A stretch of 64,000 nucleotides of DNA from Tubiluchus corallicola (lineage: Eukaryota; Animalia; Priapulida). The stretch is from positions 255,933-319,932 of the forward strand of contig JAQGDQ010000146.1 of assembly GCA_030141605.1 (NCBI GenBank). The letters run 5' to 3'. Below are positions 50,258 through 63,625 of the stretch, in pieces. Position numbers and translations under genes: made by a program. The notes beneath the pieces are model-generated. The model was given only the letters and a program-made list of their open reading frames with translations, did not search any database and was not told the DNA's origin. How positions within the stretch are numbered: the stretch's first letter is position 1; each line of letters starts with the position of its first letter.

Positions 50258-53200
50258 ATGATGGCAGTGTCTTTTAGTTGGAGTTTATTAATAGCGTTTA
50301 TTTTAGCAGTAACCTGCGCAAATACCGTTTCAGATCACGTGTTAACCGGCCATTCAACAACTTGGATCCATAAGCTCCTTTTTGGTAACGGCATTTTATG
50401 TAATACTTTTTTGCCTGACGCTAGATGCTTCATTGAATTAATGCCGTTGTCATTGAAAAGTTTAGTGACGGTAGCCTGTATGTGTTTTTCACACCACTCT
50501 CGTAAATGTCGCGCTTTTAAATTTGTTGAGGTTGTCTAAAGCCACCACTTTGGTCGGAAGGCAATTCCATGATTTAACCACAGAAGGACAAAGACTGAAC
50601 TTCACAAAAGCATAGGTCCATATTGCAGTATTCAAATTCTTGTATAAATTTGCCAAATCAGTTGTACTATTGGGTACGTCTTTCTTCTAAAGAAGACAGA
50701 TGCTAAATACAGATCTGTCATGTACCAGATAAAGATAGCATCACCAATAATATTGTTTGCTGTTTGTTTCCCATCACCAAAAGATTAGAAATTAAAGAAA
50801 ATGAACACCATGGTGCGCAGGTCATAAACTGTTTAGTAATTAGATGAATTTGAATTCTTAGTCTGCAAGAGACTAACTGCTAAGACTAATTGGAAAAGTT
50901 TTGAGTCTGGTTTTTATGTTCCTTATCTCAGTGTGTTCTGCTTGTTTGACTTTGGTTATCAAGTTACTTGTAAAGTGCTAGATTAAAACTGAGCTGAGTC
51001 CCAAACTTGCTAGTAAAATTGAATGTTTCAGAGTTGACTTTTCCTTTTACAGAAATTCGGGATTTCTACCTTCTGATCAATAGTGAAAACTGTTCATTTT
51101 CTTTTTGGATATAGTTAGCCCAAATAACAACAAACATCTGCACTTTATAGCTGCCTTTATCAGAACATTCACCATCAGATTATTTCATTATGTGTCTCAC
51201 TGAGCTAGCTGCGGTGGTGAACTGCACTGCTGTCTGATGGCCTACTGGAATATCAAGTTATAAGTTTGTATTGCATAGTAGTTAACGATTTGTAGGCAAA
51301 TAAAAAATTTTATTTTGATAAAAGTAAAAAATGTATCAAGTCACACATAAAATGGTGAAATTGTTTGGCGACCGGTTTAGATATGTATATTCTATGCAGT
51401 CAACCTCGGGTACTCGCTTATAAGGGACCACCAACACCGGTCCCGATTTTTCGTAATGTTTTTCCTATGTAAAAAATCTTCGTATATAAGGTACTCGGAT
51501 ATAAGGGACTTTCGGTTATAAGGGACGATATCTTCAGGCCCCGCGTAATAGAAACCCAGGTAAATTACCTCGCATATAAGGGACTCTATGATCAAACTTA
51601 AATTGATTGATTTTTAACCTTAATTTTTCGCAAACTCGGCCTTCGACCAGCTCGGTTTCCGCAGTCACATGCATCTCGCATCACTGAAGAAGCTTTCTAC
51701 ATACCGTTTGCACTGAATGTGTAGCAATAATCCATAGAAATATGGGTAAAAGCACAGAAAAGTACAGGTCTGGATACACCCTCGGTCTGACTCAACTTCG
51801 GCTATAAGCCACATCTGATATAAGGGGGGACGGTTTTTTCCGGCCCCGAGGTGTCCCTTATATCCGAAATTAACTGTATTTATGAATAGAAAACTGAAAT
51901 GGACATCTGCTTGCCTAAAAGGTATTATCATTGGTAATTAATCTTTTGAATAATGATTATAAATTCTAAGTTTTACGATGCGATATGGACGGCAAGATTT
52001 ATTGCAACACTTCAGTGTAGCTTATATATGTTGTACTTATATATGTAGTTGTGCTAGAGAACTGAAGGTGGCATGTTTATTTCCAGGTTGTCTTTCTGCT
52101 TTTTTGCTGCTTTTAACCGTGTTGGTTCTAGACTTCAACTCAAAATGGCCTGTGTCTGTCTACCATACCTATTGGAGCATGATACAGCAGTATGTTTTAT
52201 CGACTACGTGTGTCTTAATGGCAAAAATTTACTATGGAAGGTTAGAACATGATAGCAAGAACATTAGATGTGCTCAGGTAAATATTTGGGTGCATTTCAG
52301 TGTCTTAATATTCATATGCCAGCCCAAAACCATATGTGTGCTTGTGCAGCAAAATCGTGCATAAGTCGACAATTAAGATTTTCTAGTTATTCACATATCC
52401 TGAATCTCCATTTCATGAGAATCATTTCTATGCCAAGTTCATCGCTCTATGTTATTTCTAAGCTGAGACAATCCACATTGAAGTTGAGGTGCAGGCTGTG
52501 CACTGAAAAACAATCTTGAGAAAATCGGTGTTAAAGTTAGCCATTGTTTTTGTAACATATCCCGTATCTCCTTTTCATGAGGATCATTTTGATACCAAGC
52601 TCATCACTCTATGTTATTTCTAAACTGAGACAATCCAAGTTGAAGTTGCTGTGCAGGCTACACACTGAAAATCATAGTCTTGAGAAAATCACTGTTAAAG
52701 TCAGCCATTATTTTTTTCACATATACTGAATCTACATTTCATGAGGATCATTTTGATACCAAGCTCATCTATGTTATTTCTAAGCTGAGATAATCCACGT
52801 TGAAGTTGAGGTGCAGTCTATGCACACTGAAAAACATAACCTTGAGAAAATCACTGTTAAAGTTAGCCATTGTTTTTTGTCGCATTTCTGCAAAACACTT
52901 AGCAACCGCACAAATATTGGTTGATATGGATTTTACAAGAGCAAATTGAAGTAACGTTTAAATCCAGTAGATGGCTCTTCCTGACGAAGATCTGGTCTCG
53001 TCAATAGAAAAAAGCCCAAAATTACTGCTTCCACGAGCTATAATCGGAGCTTGAAAATACAAGTTTTTTGCAATTGCAGTACTAGTTTCTAAGCCGAAAA
53101 ATGGGCACGTGGTTATAAAATTAAATTTTTAGTATTTTTCTTTTGCTAGAATTTAAAAGTCCAAATATATTTAGCATTTGTTTATATAAAAAACAAAAAA

Positions 53201-53863
53201 ATTATCTTTAGACTATATTTTTGGGTCATTCTACTTTGAGGCATCATGACATAATTTTAACTATGCCGACGTATGGACGGTTTTACTATGCAAGCACACG
53301 TATTGTAATACAGTTGAACCTTCTTTTAGGACACAAGCTGTATTTACATGCTATTCGTTGCTTTTTAAATTTCCGTAGTAAGATAAATGATAATATTTGC
53401 ACTAGTTTATTTTATGTAATTGACAAATTTTAATAACTTTCGTATATCTCTTCATTTACATCGGTAACTTTATATGAAAAAATACTAAAATGTATGAATC
53501 ATGATTGATAAAATTAAGCTAAGTTTACAAAAAAGCAGCTAATACTTTTATAAATGGATATATTTTTAATGTAGATTATCATTAATATATTACCTTGACT
53601 GTTCTCTACTGGTTTATTGTCATTTCAGACTTATTTACTACAAAATTTTGCTCTCTTTTATTCGCCTTTTAGTGTCCAACAATTTGTCTTAATTAAAGTT
53701 TTTATTCATTTTATTGTGAGTTTATTAATAGATGTATTTTAAATTGTAATATTGTAAATCAGCTTATTTAAATGTTGCTTTAATTTATACTGTTGTAAAG
53801 TAGCCATGAAGAATGGAAGGTTTTGTGAGAGTAAAAGACTTACTCACTCACTCACTCACTTAG

Positions 53864-53916
<53 letters not shown>

Positions 53917-54042
53917 GACTTACTGACTTACTGACTTACTTACTTACTGACTTACTGACTTACTTACTTACTTACTTACTTAGTTACTTACTTACTTATT
54001 TACTTACTTAATTACTTACGTACTTACTTACGTACTTACTTA

Positions 54043-54076
<34 letters not shown>

Positions 54077-57000
54077 TACTTACTTACTTACTTACTCACT
54101 TAATTACTTACTTACTTATGTACTTACTTACATTCTTACGTACTTACTTACTTACATACTTACTCACTCACTCACTCACTCACTCACTTACATTCGCTAT
54201 TGATGTTACGAGTTATAACAACAAGTTTACATAGTAAAATAAATTTTTCAAATAATTAACCTTTTTGCTGTGAATTCGCACTTGTAACTTTTAATTTCAG
54301 TTTGTGAGTATTTGAATTTATTGAATTTATTTTTTTCTAGGATGAGTATTTGCTTCAGCAGATTAGAAACAATGAGAAAACAGAATATGGGAAAAAGTAC
54401 AACTTTGCCTCCATAAAGAACCGCAAAGATTTTGTTCGCTTGCACCCGCTCACTGAATACAGTGACTACGAGGTTACATATTTACTATAACTACCTATGG
54501 GTACCAGAGTTGTTACTGAAACTGAAATTACAAACCGAAACCGAAATTTATGAAACACGGGAAACTGATACCGAAACGAAATCATTTTTGCAAAACCAAC
54601 TACTATCCAAACTGAAAAAATTCTGAAATGAAATAAAATTTTCGTAAAATATCTGAAATAAAAAATAGAATGCTTTACCTTGTTTGCCTGTGTTTGCTAA
54701 TACCAAGCTGATACCAGCTTAATGAAGTAGCTAGGCAAGAAATCCTAACCTAAAAAGTAGAACAGTGTTTATGGTTAAAGATCACGAACCTTCAAAAAAT
54801 TAATAAATTTTATGTTATAAATATTTTGTTACCTATATTTCATAAATTATAGAATTAAACTTGGTTCTATTCAAATTATGCTTTGGTATTTTGGTTGATT
54901 GTGCCTGGAAACCTTTAAGCTTCACAGTAGTCAGCACTGAAGATATGCCGCATTGCCATAACAGGCAATTTTACAAATTGGTTACGCTTTATTTGAACTA
55001 TTTTAGCCGAAAAAAGTTTTTCAGTGATTTTTAATGTCTAGGAGAAAAAAGATAATGTGGATAAATACTTTTAATAATCTCTAAAAAAATCCCACCGAGG
55101 CTATAAAATTAACGATTTTTGCCGAAAACAAAAGTGCACCTATTGACAAACGAAACTGAAATTTTCGTTTTGGTAACATCCCTGGTGGGTACTAGATGAG
55201 TTGGAATTACTGCTCTTCTTCAACCTTAATCTGATATTAGCAAGGACAAGTCTTGCGTAAAAATATTTCTATTGCAGATTAAAAACTGTATTTGCAAATT
55301 TACAGGCACAGAACGAAAAAACATTTTGAATACATATATATCCAGAATGATCACATGATCAGAGTGAAAACGGAATGATCAAATAATCAATACATTAATC
55401 ATATATTTCATTAATGCATTGGTCATTCTGTTTTCATTCTGGTCATGTGATCATTTTGGATATATATGTATATGTATTCAAAATACTTTTTGTTCTGTAC
55501 CCGTGATTTTGTAAATGGCTGGACATCACACTAGGATTTTAGTTTTACTATGAGAATTTAGTTTTTGTTTTATGTTCAGGGAAGAGCTCGTACTAGTGAT
55601 GTACTACATATAAACCAGGTTGTTGATCTTGCATTTTTGTATTATTATACCTTAGTCTTGCAGGTAAATACTACCCTTGCTACTACACCTGTGTGTGTCT
55701 ACGTGGTGTTAAAACACATGTACATACTGCCTTAGACTGAATTATAAGAAGTCACTTTCTAACACAAAATAACTTCTTATTCACGAAAATATTTAATATG
55801 TGACATTTTTACTATTTTTCGCCGTGTGCAGATTTCTTCTGCTGCGATTCCGTTGTCTAATTCTTACAAAAAAAACTTGAAGTTGAAATTCAATTCGAAT
55901 ATGTAGCGTGTCTACACCCCTGTGTCACATTTTCTACGTCTTCATACTTTACTGCTTATGTGTGTATCTAATTATTGTCTTACCCTGTAAAATGTGTATT
56001 TGAGGTGATAAAATAAAATGTCTGTATCTACGCTGGTAGGCCTACTGTTTCTCACTGTATCTATGCTGGTAGGCCTACTGTTACTCACTGTATCTATGCT
56101 GGTAGGCCTACTGTTTCTCACTGTATCTACGCTGGTAGGCCTACTGTTTCTCACTGTATCTACACTGGTAGGCCTACTGTTTCTCACTGTATCTACACTG
56201 GTAGGCCTACTGTTTCTCATTTTTTACCACTTGGTTTTGTTGCAGCCGTACATTGAAAGGATGGCTAAAGGCGAAGTGAACGTACTTTTGCCAGACAGAC
56301 CGAGAATGTTGGGCGTAACCTCTGGCACTAGCACGGGAAAGTCGAAGATCATCCCACTCAGTACGCTGTATGTCAGTCAAATGTTTTACAAGGTAATGGG
56401 CAGTGTCTGTGAAGCGTTTAGAGAAGTATTTTTTAAGTGTCTGCTGGGAGTCTTGTTTGTTAAACAAATTGTGATTTGTGTTCATGTGAAATAACATGTC
56501 TGAGTTCAGGTGTGCTGTGATGTTTGGCTTCACTGAGGATGCAGTAGGGCGTGGTTATTAAATAAGTGATTCATTCAATTTTGAACCCAAGAAAGTTTTA
56601 CGCTATGTGTAGTGGTTTTTTTGCGTATTTTACGTATTCTGTATTGTTTTCTGTATTTGTTTTTTTTACCGTAAGATGTCTTACTTCATTGAGGATACAG
56701 GGCTTGGTTATTAAACAAGAGATTCATTCGATTTTGGGCTCACAAAAGTTACTGTTTTGTCCTTTTGCTTTGCATATTGGTTTTTCTTACTGTAAAATAA
56801 TAGATGGTTTACTAATAATTCAAACTCTAGTACTAATACCTCTGTGAAGAGATTTTTGTTTGTCATTTTATTTAAACATGTCTATTCCAAGTTGCTCTAA
56901 CTCTGCTTTCTACAAAAAATGCAAAATTGCCAAGGCTTCAGTCATTTGTAATCTAGAGCAATATTATCTTTAGTGTAGCTTCTACTAAATTATCACTCTA

Positions 57001-58533
57001 GTGTGGGCAACACAGTGGGGTAGTGATTATGGTATCAGCCTTTTAAACCGAAGGTCTCTGGTACAAACCCAGCTTGTGTTTGCCATCTTTCAAATTTGGT
57101 ATCAATTACTCAATCCCCCATAATTGTGAGTTTGTGTCATCTTTGCAAAGTATTTTGATCGTAATGCTAAATAGGAAAATTAAGAAAATTCACTCAGTTT
57201 TTGTTCTACGTTTTATCTTATCTTTAGTTAGTTAGTTAACTAATTAATTTTAATTAACTAATTAAGTACTTAGTTCCATTCCAATTTTTTGCATTATATC
57301 TCATGTTAGAAGCTGTAAGAATACTTAAATCTGTATGAGCTGTTGACATATTGTTATTGCTAGGTAATTTTGCCAGTTTTCAACATAATCAGGCAACATT
57401 TTCCGCAAAGCTTTGGCCTACAAAAGCAGCTTCGTTTTAGTTATACTCCGCGTTGGAGATTCTCTGAAGCCAACATTCCCATTGGACCGGCGTCAGCACC
57501 AAACAGCAAGAATGTAGGTATGATTGTACGTTTCTTATTCAATAGTTGTTCTGAGTTTATTCACTGTTTTTCAGTTGTTGAAACTCCAGTGTAAGACTAC
57601 ACTTGTATTTGTTTTAAGTCCTGTCAACAATTTTTTTATAGTGCATTGTTATTCCCAAATGATAATTGGTATATTTGGAATTAACAAGAGAAAATTGTTC
57701 TAGGCTTGGATCTTAGTCTACTCAAGGTTTTAAAACAGTGTTTCTTCTGTGAAGCAGCAAGTATAATAATAATAATAATAATAATAACTAGCAAAGGCTC
57801 CGCAAAAATACACCTATAATCAATAATACGTGAACACCCTACATAGTGTTCATGTGTTTATCTAACGCAAAGCCAGCAGCAGCTTTTACTGAATTACAGT
57901 TATAAGGTTATAGACAGAGTGTAATGGATGACGTCGCAACAATGGCTTTGCGTCAGCAGTTTTCCAAACGAAAATTGCCAAAAAGTGCACATCTAATTAA
58001 CTCGTCGGCACTCCTCTTGGTGGACATGTCCTAAAATGCAACCCACATCATCGTGTAGCCCTGTTCTTCTTTCTAAAGAGCCATATATCTCCTTCCAAGA
58101 GTCCCACCAGGTATCGCTAGAACGTTTTTTCTACAGGATGTTTGGCCAAAATTTCGAAAAAATTGGGAGTTGGGTCCAGGAAAATGCCCATAGCGGACAT
58201 TGGTGGCCCTCTCGTGAAATCTAAATATGCCTACTACACTCACCGTTGAATAGGCTATTCAATCATCCCTAGCACCACCCGCGGCCCATTCCCGATTCGC
58301 TAGAAATAAGAGTTATAGATTTTGCAATTTTTTCTGAAAAACGGTCAAAAAAGGGCGTTTTTTGGAGGTTTTTCTGCCCCTGCTCCTCCCGGTGGGCCCG
58401 ATTCGAAAAACAAACCCCGGTGTGCGAACCATTGGGTGGAAACCTTTCATTTGACGTATATATCATCGAAAATGGCGCCGTCGTCGCTTATATACCCATA
58501 TATATATATATATATATATATAACCATTTTCGA

Positions 58534-58567
<34 letters not shown>

Positions 58568-61500
58568 TGGAAATTAATTTATACGATAATAATAATAATT
58601 TTGTTAGGACATAGTTCAAAGGTAACACCCTAAGTAACTCAATACTTATTTCCAAAGTGAATCCCGATTATTATTACTTGCATGTTACTTCGATAAACCC
58701 GAGTGCTTGGTCGAAGAACCAGCGGTACCATTTACAACTCTTTGGTATGACTTGGTCGAGAGTTGAACCCACGACCTCCCGGCTGGAAAGCGAGCAAGCT
58801 ACGGTTGAGATATAGATATGGATAATTTGGTGCAATACGTGCAGTTCTTAAGAGACAAAGTTGTGAAGTCGAATCTGAAGAAATAATGGATATGTACTGC
58901 TTACTGAAGCGGGATGTATAGAGCGCACTGTACGCAGGGGGATCATTTCTTCTCAAGTGGCATTTATGAAGCATGCGGATGCTGATGCGTTTTCCACATG
59001 TGGAACAGTTTCCAGAATAGCTTGCATAAAGAAATCAGAAGGAATAGCCGCACAGAAAGAATAATGCGTACGCATGCTACATAAATGGTGTGAATTGAAA
59101 ACAATATAAACCGATTTTACCTATTCCGTACCCCCCACCCCACCCAAAACGCATCCGCATGCCACGTAAATGCCACTTTACGGGGTTATTTAGCCCTATC
59201 ACAGCCATATATATGATCCAGTCCCTGCCAGTAAGTGCAGAAACAAGATTCTACGGAATACCACACTGTATGATAAAAATATATTGTCATCCACTTAAAA
59301 TCAAAAGAATAGTTTTGTGCATTACTAATGCACTATTGTACATTCTTATTCAGGTAAGAGTAGTCCTAATAAGCCTTTTCACCGTTTGGTTGTGCTCGCG
59401 CTGTTGCTGTAGGTCAAAGGTTAAGTGTACAACAGCAACACATCTTAACTACAACCGTCTCTTTTAAGGCCCGTTTTGACTAGCATTTTTCTTGCACCGA
59501 CATTACCTCAATTTTGATGCTCAGTGAAAATAAATATCGCCCTGTTACACATTTGATTGATTCACTAGTGATGATGGTGTAGCAGAAAAAAAGCTGAAAT
59601 TCTCAAGAGCTTTTTTCTTGGCACAGCGAGATGAATCGCTGGTGCGTTTTCATTGTGTTCTTGAACGATTTGAAAATTGATATCGCTTCTCGCTGCGATT
59701 CATTTTTTCAAGGGCGGTTTATCACTTCAACGTTACAGCTTTTCTTACCATTGAGATTTGCAAGAGCTTTTTTCTCCCCATAACGATGCAACGGATGTTT
59801 TTGGGAGCGTTTTTATAGCGACGTCACCAACAACGATAGAATCACTGCAAAAATTTCTAGTCAAAACGAGCCTTTACTGTTTTTTTCATTGCAGACCGAT
59901 TGCAGATAAATTATACGACACCAAAAGCAGCAACCAGTATTAAAACTGAACCTGAAGCATTGTATATTCATTTGTTGTTTGGCCTTCGTGATCCTTATAT
60001 AGGTAATTGTCATTTTTACCACGAAAAGTATGTTTTAATAACTTTTGTTTGTCATATTTTGTTTGACTAGTTCTTAAACAAGATTTAATTAAGGACAGGT
60101 TTAAAAGACTGTGTTTTTTGCAGAATGTATCCTAATACAGTAGACGCCGCTTAATAGACTCAATCGCTTAATTGACTCATAAATGCCTGGAACGGGTCGC
60201 TTCTATTCAAATGTACACAAAATCTGTCGGTAATTGATTCCGCCAAATTGACTCAATATTTTCTTTCACATACTTAAAATAAGACATGTGTATGTGCCCA
60301 AAGAGCTTTTCCCACTTTTATGTCATCTTTGCCTTCCTTTTGTGCATTTTAAGTACAGTTTTGTTTATGAACAGGTACATTTATCATGTGCTAATACGCT
60401 TGCGTAGCGGTTTTACTTTGAATCTGTTACCCGCTTGTCCACTGCAATTAACCTCGCTACCCAAAGAATTTCTGGAAGCTAAACATTTAATCACTTGCAT
60501 AGTGGTTTCCTTTTGAAGCTTTCGTTGCAAATAACGCTTTCACTCTTAATCAGTTAACAGTCAAAGATGCAGGTACATTAATTTTTGCAAATAAAGAGAC
60601 TTGTGTGATTTAGAAAAGTATACTTTTTAATTTATTGCTAATATAGTTATATAAATTAATATTTTAAAATATTTATTCTAATTTTTAACTGTACAAAAGA
60701 GTTTAAGTATTAGTTCATTTCTAAAATTCGTTAAAAGCCTTTGTAGTGCATAGTAAGCTAATGACACGTACTTTCTATACCAGTAATACTGCACCCATCG
60801 GTTAATACGTTCAGTCGGTTAATTGGGTCAAAACACAACCGTCCCAAAGTGAGTCTATTAAGCCGCGCCTACTGTAATTTCTTTACGTGAATAGTTCATC
60901 GTACCTATTATTATATTACGCACAATTTAGTTTCTATGGTGATTTTAAACTCATCAAACATTATTATAGTTTGTATTGATGATGTATAGTTTGTAAAGTG
61001 ATGATGGCAAATACAGTCGTACCTCCGTTGTCGAACGTTTCCGTACTCGTACAAATCGGTTTTCGACCAGAAAATTCGAGCTGAAATTGTCTCCGTTCTC
61101 GACCAGAATTTCTATGCTCGACCAACCGCCAAACAAGTGATGAACACATGCGCGGCGAACCGAGCGTAACCGACCGCACCCGAGAGTAGTCACGCACAAG
61201 ATTTGAATTGCCTAATGTATTTTTCTCCGCTTTTTCATGCAGGAACAATTATGTTTTTCTTTCAAAGTAATTCTATTATATTTTTCTTATTGTATTATCA
61301 TATCAACTGTTTGAATAAACATGTTTGCATTTTTACATTTCGTTTTAGTAATACTTTACAGTTCATTTGGTGCTTGAGAATGGATTATTTGCTTTTACAT
61401 TATTTCTTATGGGAATAAATGATTCGGTTCTCAACCAAATCGGTTTTCAAACACTTTTTAGGAACGAATTATAGTCAAAAACAGAGGTGTGACTGTATAA

Positions 61501-63625
61501 ACGTCAAATTGCAACCCAATTAAATTGCAAATTATGAAATAATGTCAATGTAAACTACAAAACTAGGGTACCTTGCTCTAGGGTATTACTTTTGAAACTA
61601 CCGTCTGATGGTTTAGTCATTCTAGTTACATTGTAAGCACATTCTATGCCCACCCAGCATGGTTATAATGAACAATGCTATAACGTATTACAACATAATT
61701 ATGAACTAATGGCATAGTTTCAAAGTTTGTAATTTGTTGTTGCAGAAAAGATTGAGGCAAATTTTGCGTCTATGATCTACTTTGCGTTTGTTTCCTTGGA
61801 AAACAATTGGAGAGATTTGGTGGAAGACATTAGGCTGGGAAGAGTAAATCCCGATCTAAACATAAGGCAAGATGTGCGCGATAAACTAGATAAGGTAACG
61901 GAACTGCTGGTGCTGCTGGTGTAGTAAAGTCTTGTGCTCGGAATTCATCGAAAAATTCCACTTTCACTCGCCTGTATTTTAACGTCAAACAGCTTTAAAT
62001 GGAGAGAGCCTATCCTGGTCGTGGACTGATAACTTACTGTAGTCAGAAAATGCCGCATTAAACCTTAGTGTAATTTAAATTATTTGGTCTTGCGATTAAT
62101 AGTGCTGTGGAATTATTATGAAACCAGCAACGCGTTATATAAAATGTGGCCACAATAATAACGTAATTTATCGAAGAAAAATCCAAATTTAACTACTGCA
62201 CTTTAAATACATTTCAAATTAAATTTGAAAGCATAAATCGCAACAAAAATGGTTTTATAATCTACTATAACTTTAATCATAAGCACTGCATTTTAAACAC
62301 AATAATTTGGCTTAAACCCCATCACTAAACATATTTAATTTCACATTAAATTTCGCCTAGATTTTAACAGAAAAGCAGACCACCTTTTTGTGGTACCTGC
62401 TGATAAAATTGGTCACACATCTCAATTTATATACAAGGTTAACATATCTTAAACTCATGATTACACGTACATGAATAAACTAAGGCCAACATTGAAGCCA
62501 GGCAGTTTAGAGCGGATTTTCCGACAGTCTTAATACATGGTCAATTATAATGATTAGTGTACAATTTGTTAAATTAGTTATGTAATGTGTATGGTATAGT
62601 TTATCTGAGACACAAAGTTTAGAAACCATCAAATTTAAGCTCGCCGATATTTGAGAAACAAACTTTTTTTTTGAAATGAAAAACTCACTTCAGTTGTGAT
62701 AAATTTGAATTTAAAAACAGTAAAATTCTTAATTTAGTTCTTTTTTTAAACATTTAAACAGTTACACATTTAAACAGTTAACTTTGTTTTTGGAGCATCC
62801 TTCCAGACTTAGGTCCCTCTCAAGTTCTCAAACCTGACTTGTGTGCTGGTTTTTTCTTGTTAAAATGTATAGTCTGATGTTTCCTTCCGTTAACTACTTG
62901 AGCAAAACACTCATATCTCTGTTCGCCAGACAAAAGCAGGGTCATGTCAGTCCAAATTTGCCGATTGGCCGTATTTACCAATACTGAGCTAATACAGTAG
63001 GTGCCTTATATTAGACTCACAGTAATGTAGAATCAATCACCTAATTGTCTCAAAAACTTTTAAATACGGTTACTCCTATGCAAAAGTATATAAGAACTGT
63101 CAGCAATTGACTCAAATAACTCCGCATAATTGACTTTGTGCGACCAATGAGCTTTTTCTATTTTTATGCCGTCTTACTTGGCTTTTGTGCAGTACAATAT
63201 ATGTACGTCACACACGTGTGGTCTTACACGCTGTTTGGTTATACTGATGTAATAATGTAATCGTAGTGATGGCCTGCCAACTAGCGGTCAGCTCGTGAAA
63301 CAACTGACTGCGTTCGTAGTATGCGGCACTTTTTAACGGTTCAGATTTTATGCAATTATCTGATATCCGTAAAAGCGAGGTCTCATAATCTTGAGCTTTT
63401 GATTCTAACAGCTGTTAAAGCCAGATCCCATCAGGGCTGCTCACCTAGATCACGAGTTCCGCAAAGGATTTGTCGGGATTGCAAAGCGATTGTGGCACCA
63501 TTGCACATACATCATCTGCTGTACGTCTGGTGCATTCAGCATATACGCCAGCGCACTGGAGGAAAAGTATGCTAAAGACATTCGCATGTTTTCACCTATC
63601 TATAGTTCTACAGAAGGGCCAATAG
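50258..63625 (+). CDS. GHDC: GH3 domain-containing protein (GHDC-like, ANL adenylating fold), 3' end outside window; exons 50258-50384, 52087-52277, 54341-54472, 56246-56392, 57364-57517, 59895-60002, 61746-61894, 63412-63625
   Basis: Phase-consistent exons give RLEHDSKNIRCAQ|DEYLLQQIRNNEKTEYGKKYNF...HPLTEYSDYE|PYIERMAKGE...VTSGTSTGKSKIIP (GH3 motif 1)...LYIHLLFGL...KPDPIRA...SPIYSSTEG (motif 2). The first two exons (two hydrophobic segments) are less certain. Confidence 0.88.
51397..51876. mobile_element. Family B MITE (uninterrupted)
   Basis: Colinear with 6146-6538 plus 7016-7109; CAGTCAAC... / ...TTAACTG termini. Confidence 0.85.
52335..53100 (+). mobile_element. Dispersed repeat family G with an internal about 163-bp unit in 3 tandem copies; other copies at about 34670-34845 (inverted) and 63930-64000
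   Basis: ACATAT(C/A)C...TTTCATGAG(A/G)ATCATTT recurs at about 52393, 52555 and 52719; the same head sequence appears at the window end. Confidence 0.75.
53838..54190. repeat. (TTAC)n/(TCAC)n compound microsatellite
   Basis: Directly visible. Confidence 0.95.
54505..55184. mobile_element. hAT-type MITE; diverged inverted sibling at about 45300-45990
   Basis: Termini CAGAGTTGTTAC / GTAACATCCCTG; 8-bp TSD (A/G)TGGGTAC; subterminal GAAAC(T/C)GAAA repeats. Confidence 0.75.
55290..55516. repeat. Long imperfect palindrome (foldback/MITE-like)
   Basis: Arms of about 100 bp, e.g. TATATCCAGAATGATCACATGA versus TCATGTGATCATTTTGGATATA. Confidence 0.8.
56022..56220. repeat. 33-bp minisatellite x6 with palindromic core GTAGGCCTAC
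   Basis: CTGTATCTACGCTGGTAGGCCTACTGTTTCTCA repeated in tandem. Confidence 0.92.
57788..58600 (+). mobile_element. Family D longer copy with (AAT)n head and (TA)n tracts
   Basis: (AAT)n-ACTAGCAAAGG start, shared body with 17275-17720, CTTTCATTTGA motif, TA microsatellite near the end, no TIR seen. Confidence 0.55.
58640..58810 (-). mobile_element. tRNA-derived SINE fragment
   Basis: Minus strand GCTCGCTTTCCAGCCGGGAGGTCGTGGGTTCAACTC (tRNA-like head with B box), followed by a non-tRNA body GTCATACCAAAGA...AAATGGTACC. Confidence 0.6.
59467..59873. mobile_element. PIF/Harbinger-type MITE
   Basis: TIR AGGC(C/T)CGTTTTGACTAG with 3-bp TSD TTA on both sides. Confidence 0.8.
60138..60874 (+). mobile_element. 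Family A MITE, shorter inverted copy of 696-2018
   Basis: Same TIR type and TA flanks; colinear in reverse with both arms of 696-2018 but lacks the transposase remnant. Confidence 0.85.
61014..61495. mobile_element. TA-flanked pogo/Tc1-type MITE (family H)
   Basis: TA-CAGTCGTACCTC...GAGGTGTGACTG-TA; internal GGTTTTCGACCA repeats. Confidence 0.75.
62908..63384. mobile_element. Family C MITE, right end truncated next to a GHDC acceptor
   Basis: Left TIR CACTCATATCTC; colinear with 30785-31155. Confidence 0.75.

Noticed and set aside
57005-57075. tRNA gene
   Set aside because: Degenerate A/B boxes and no closed cloverleaf; more likely a decayed SINE head.
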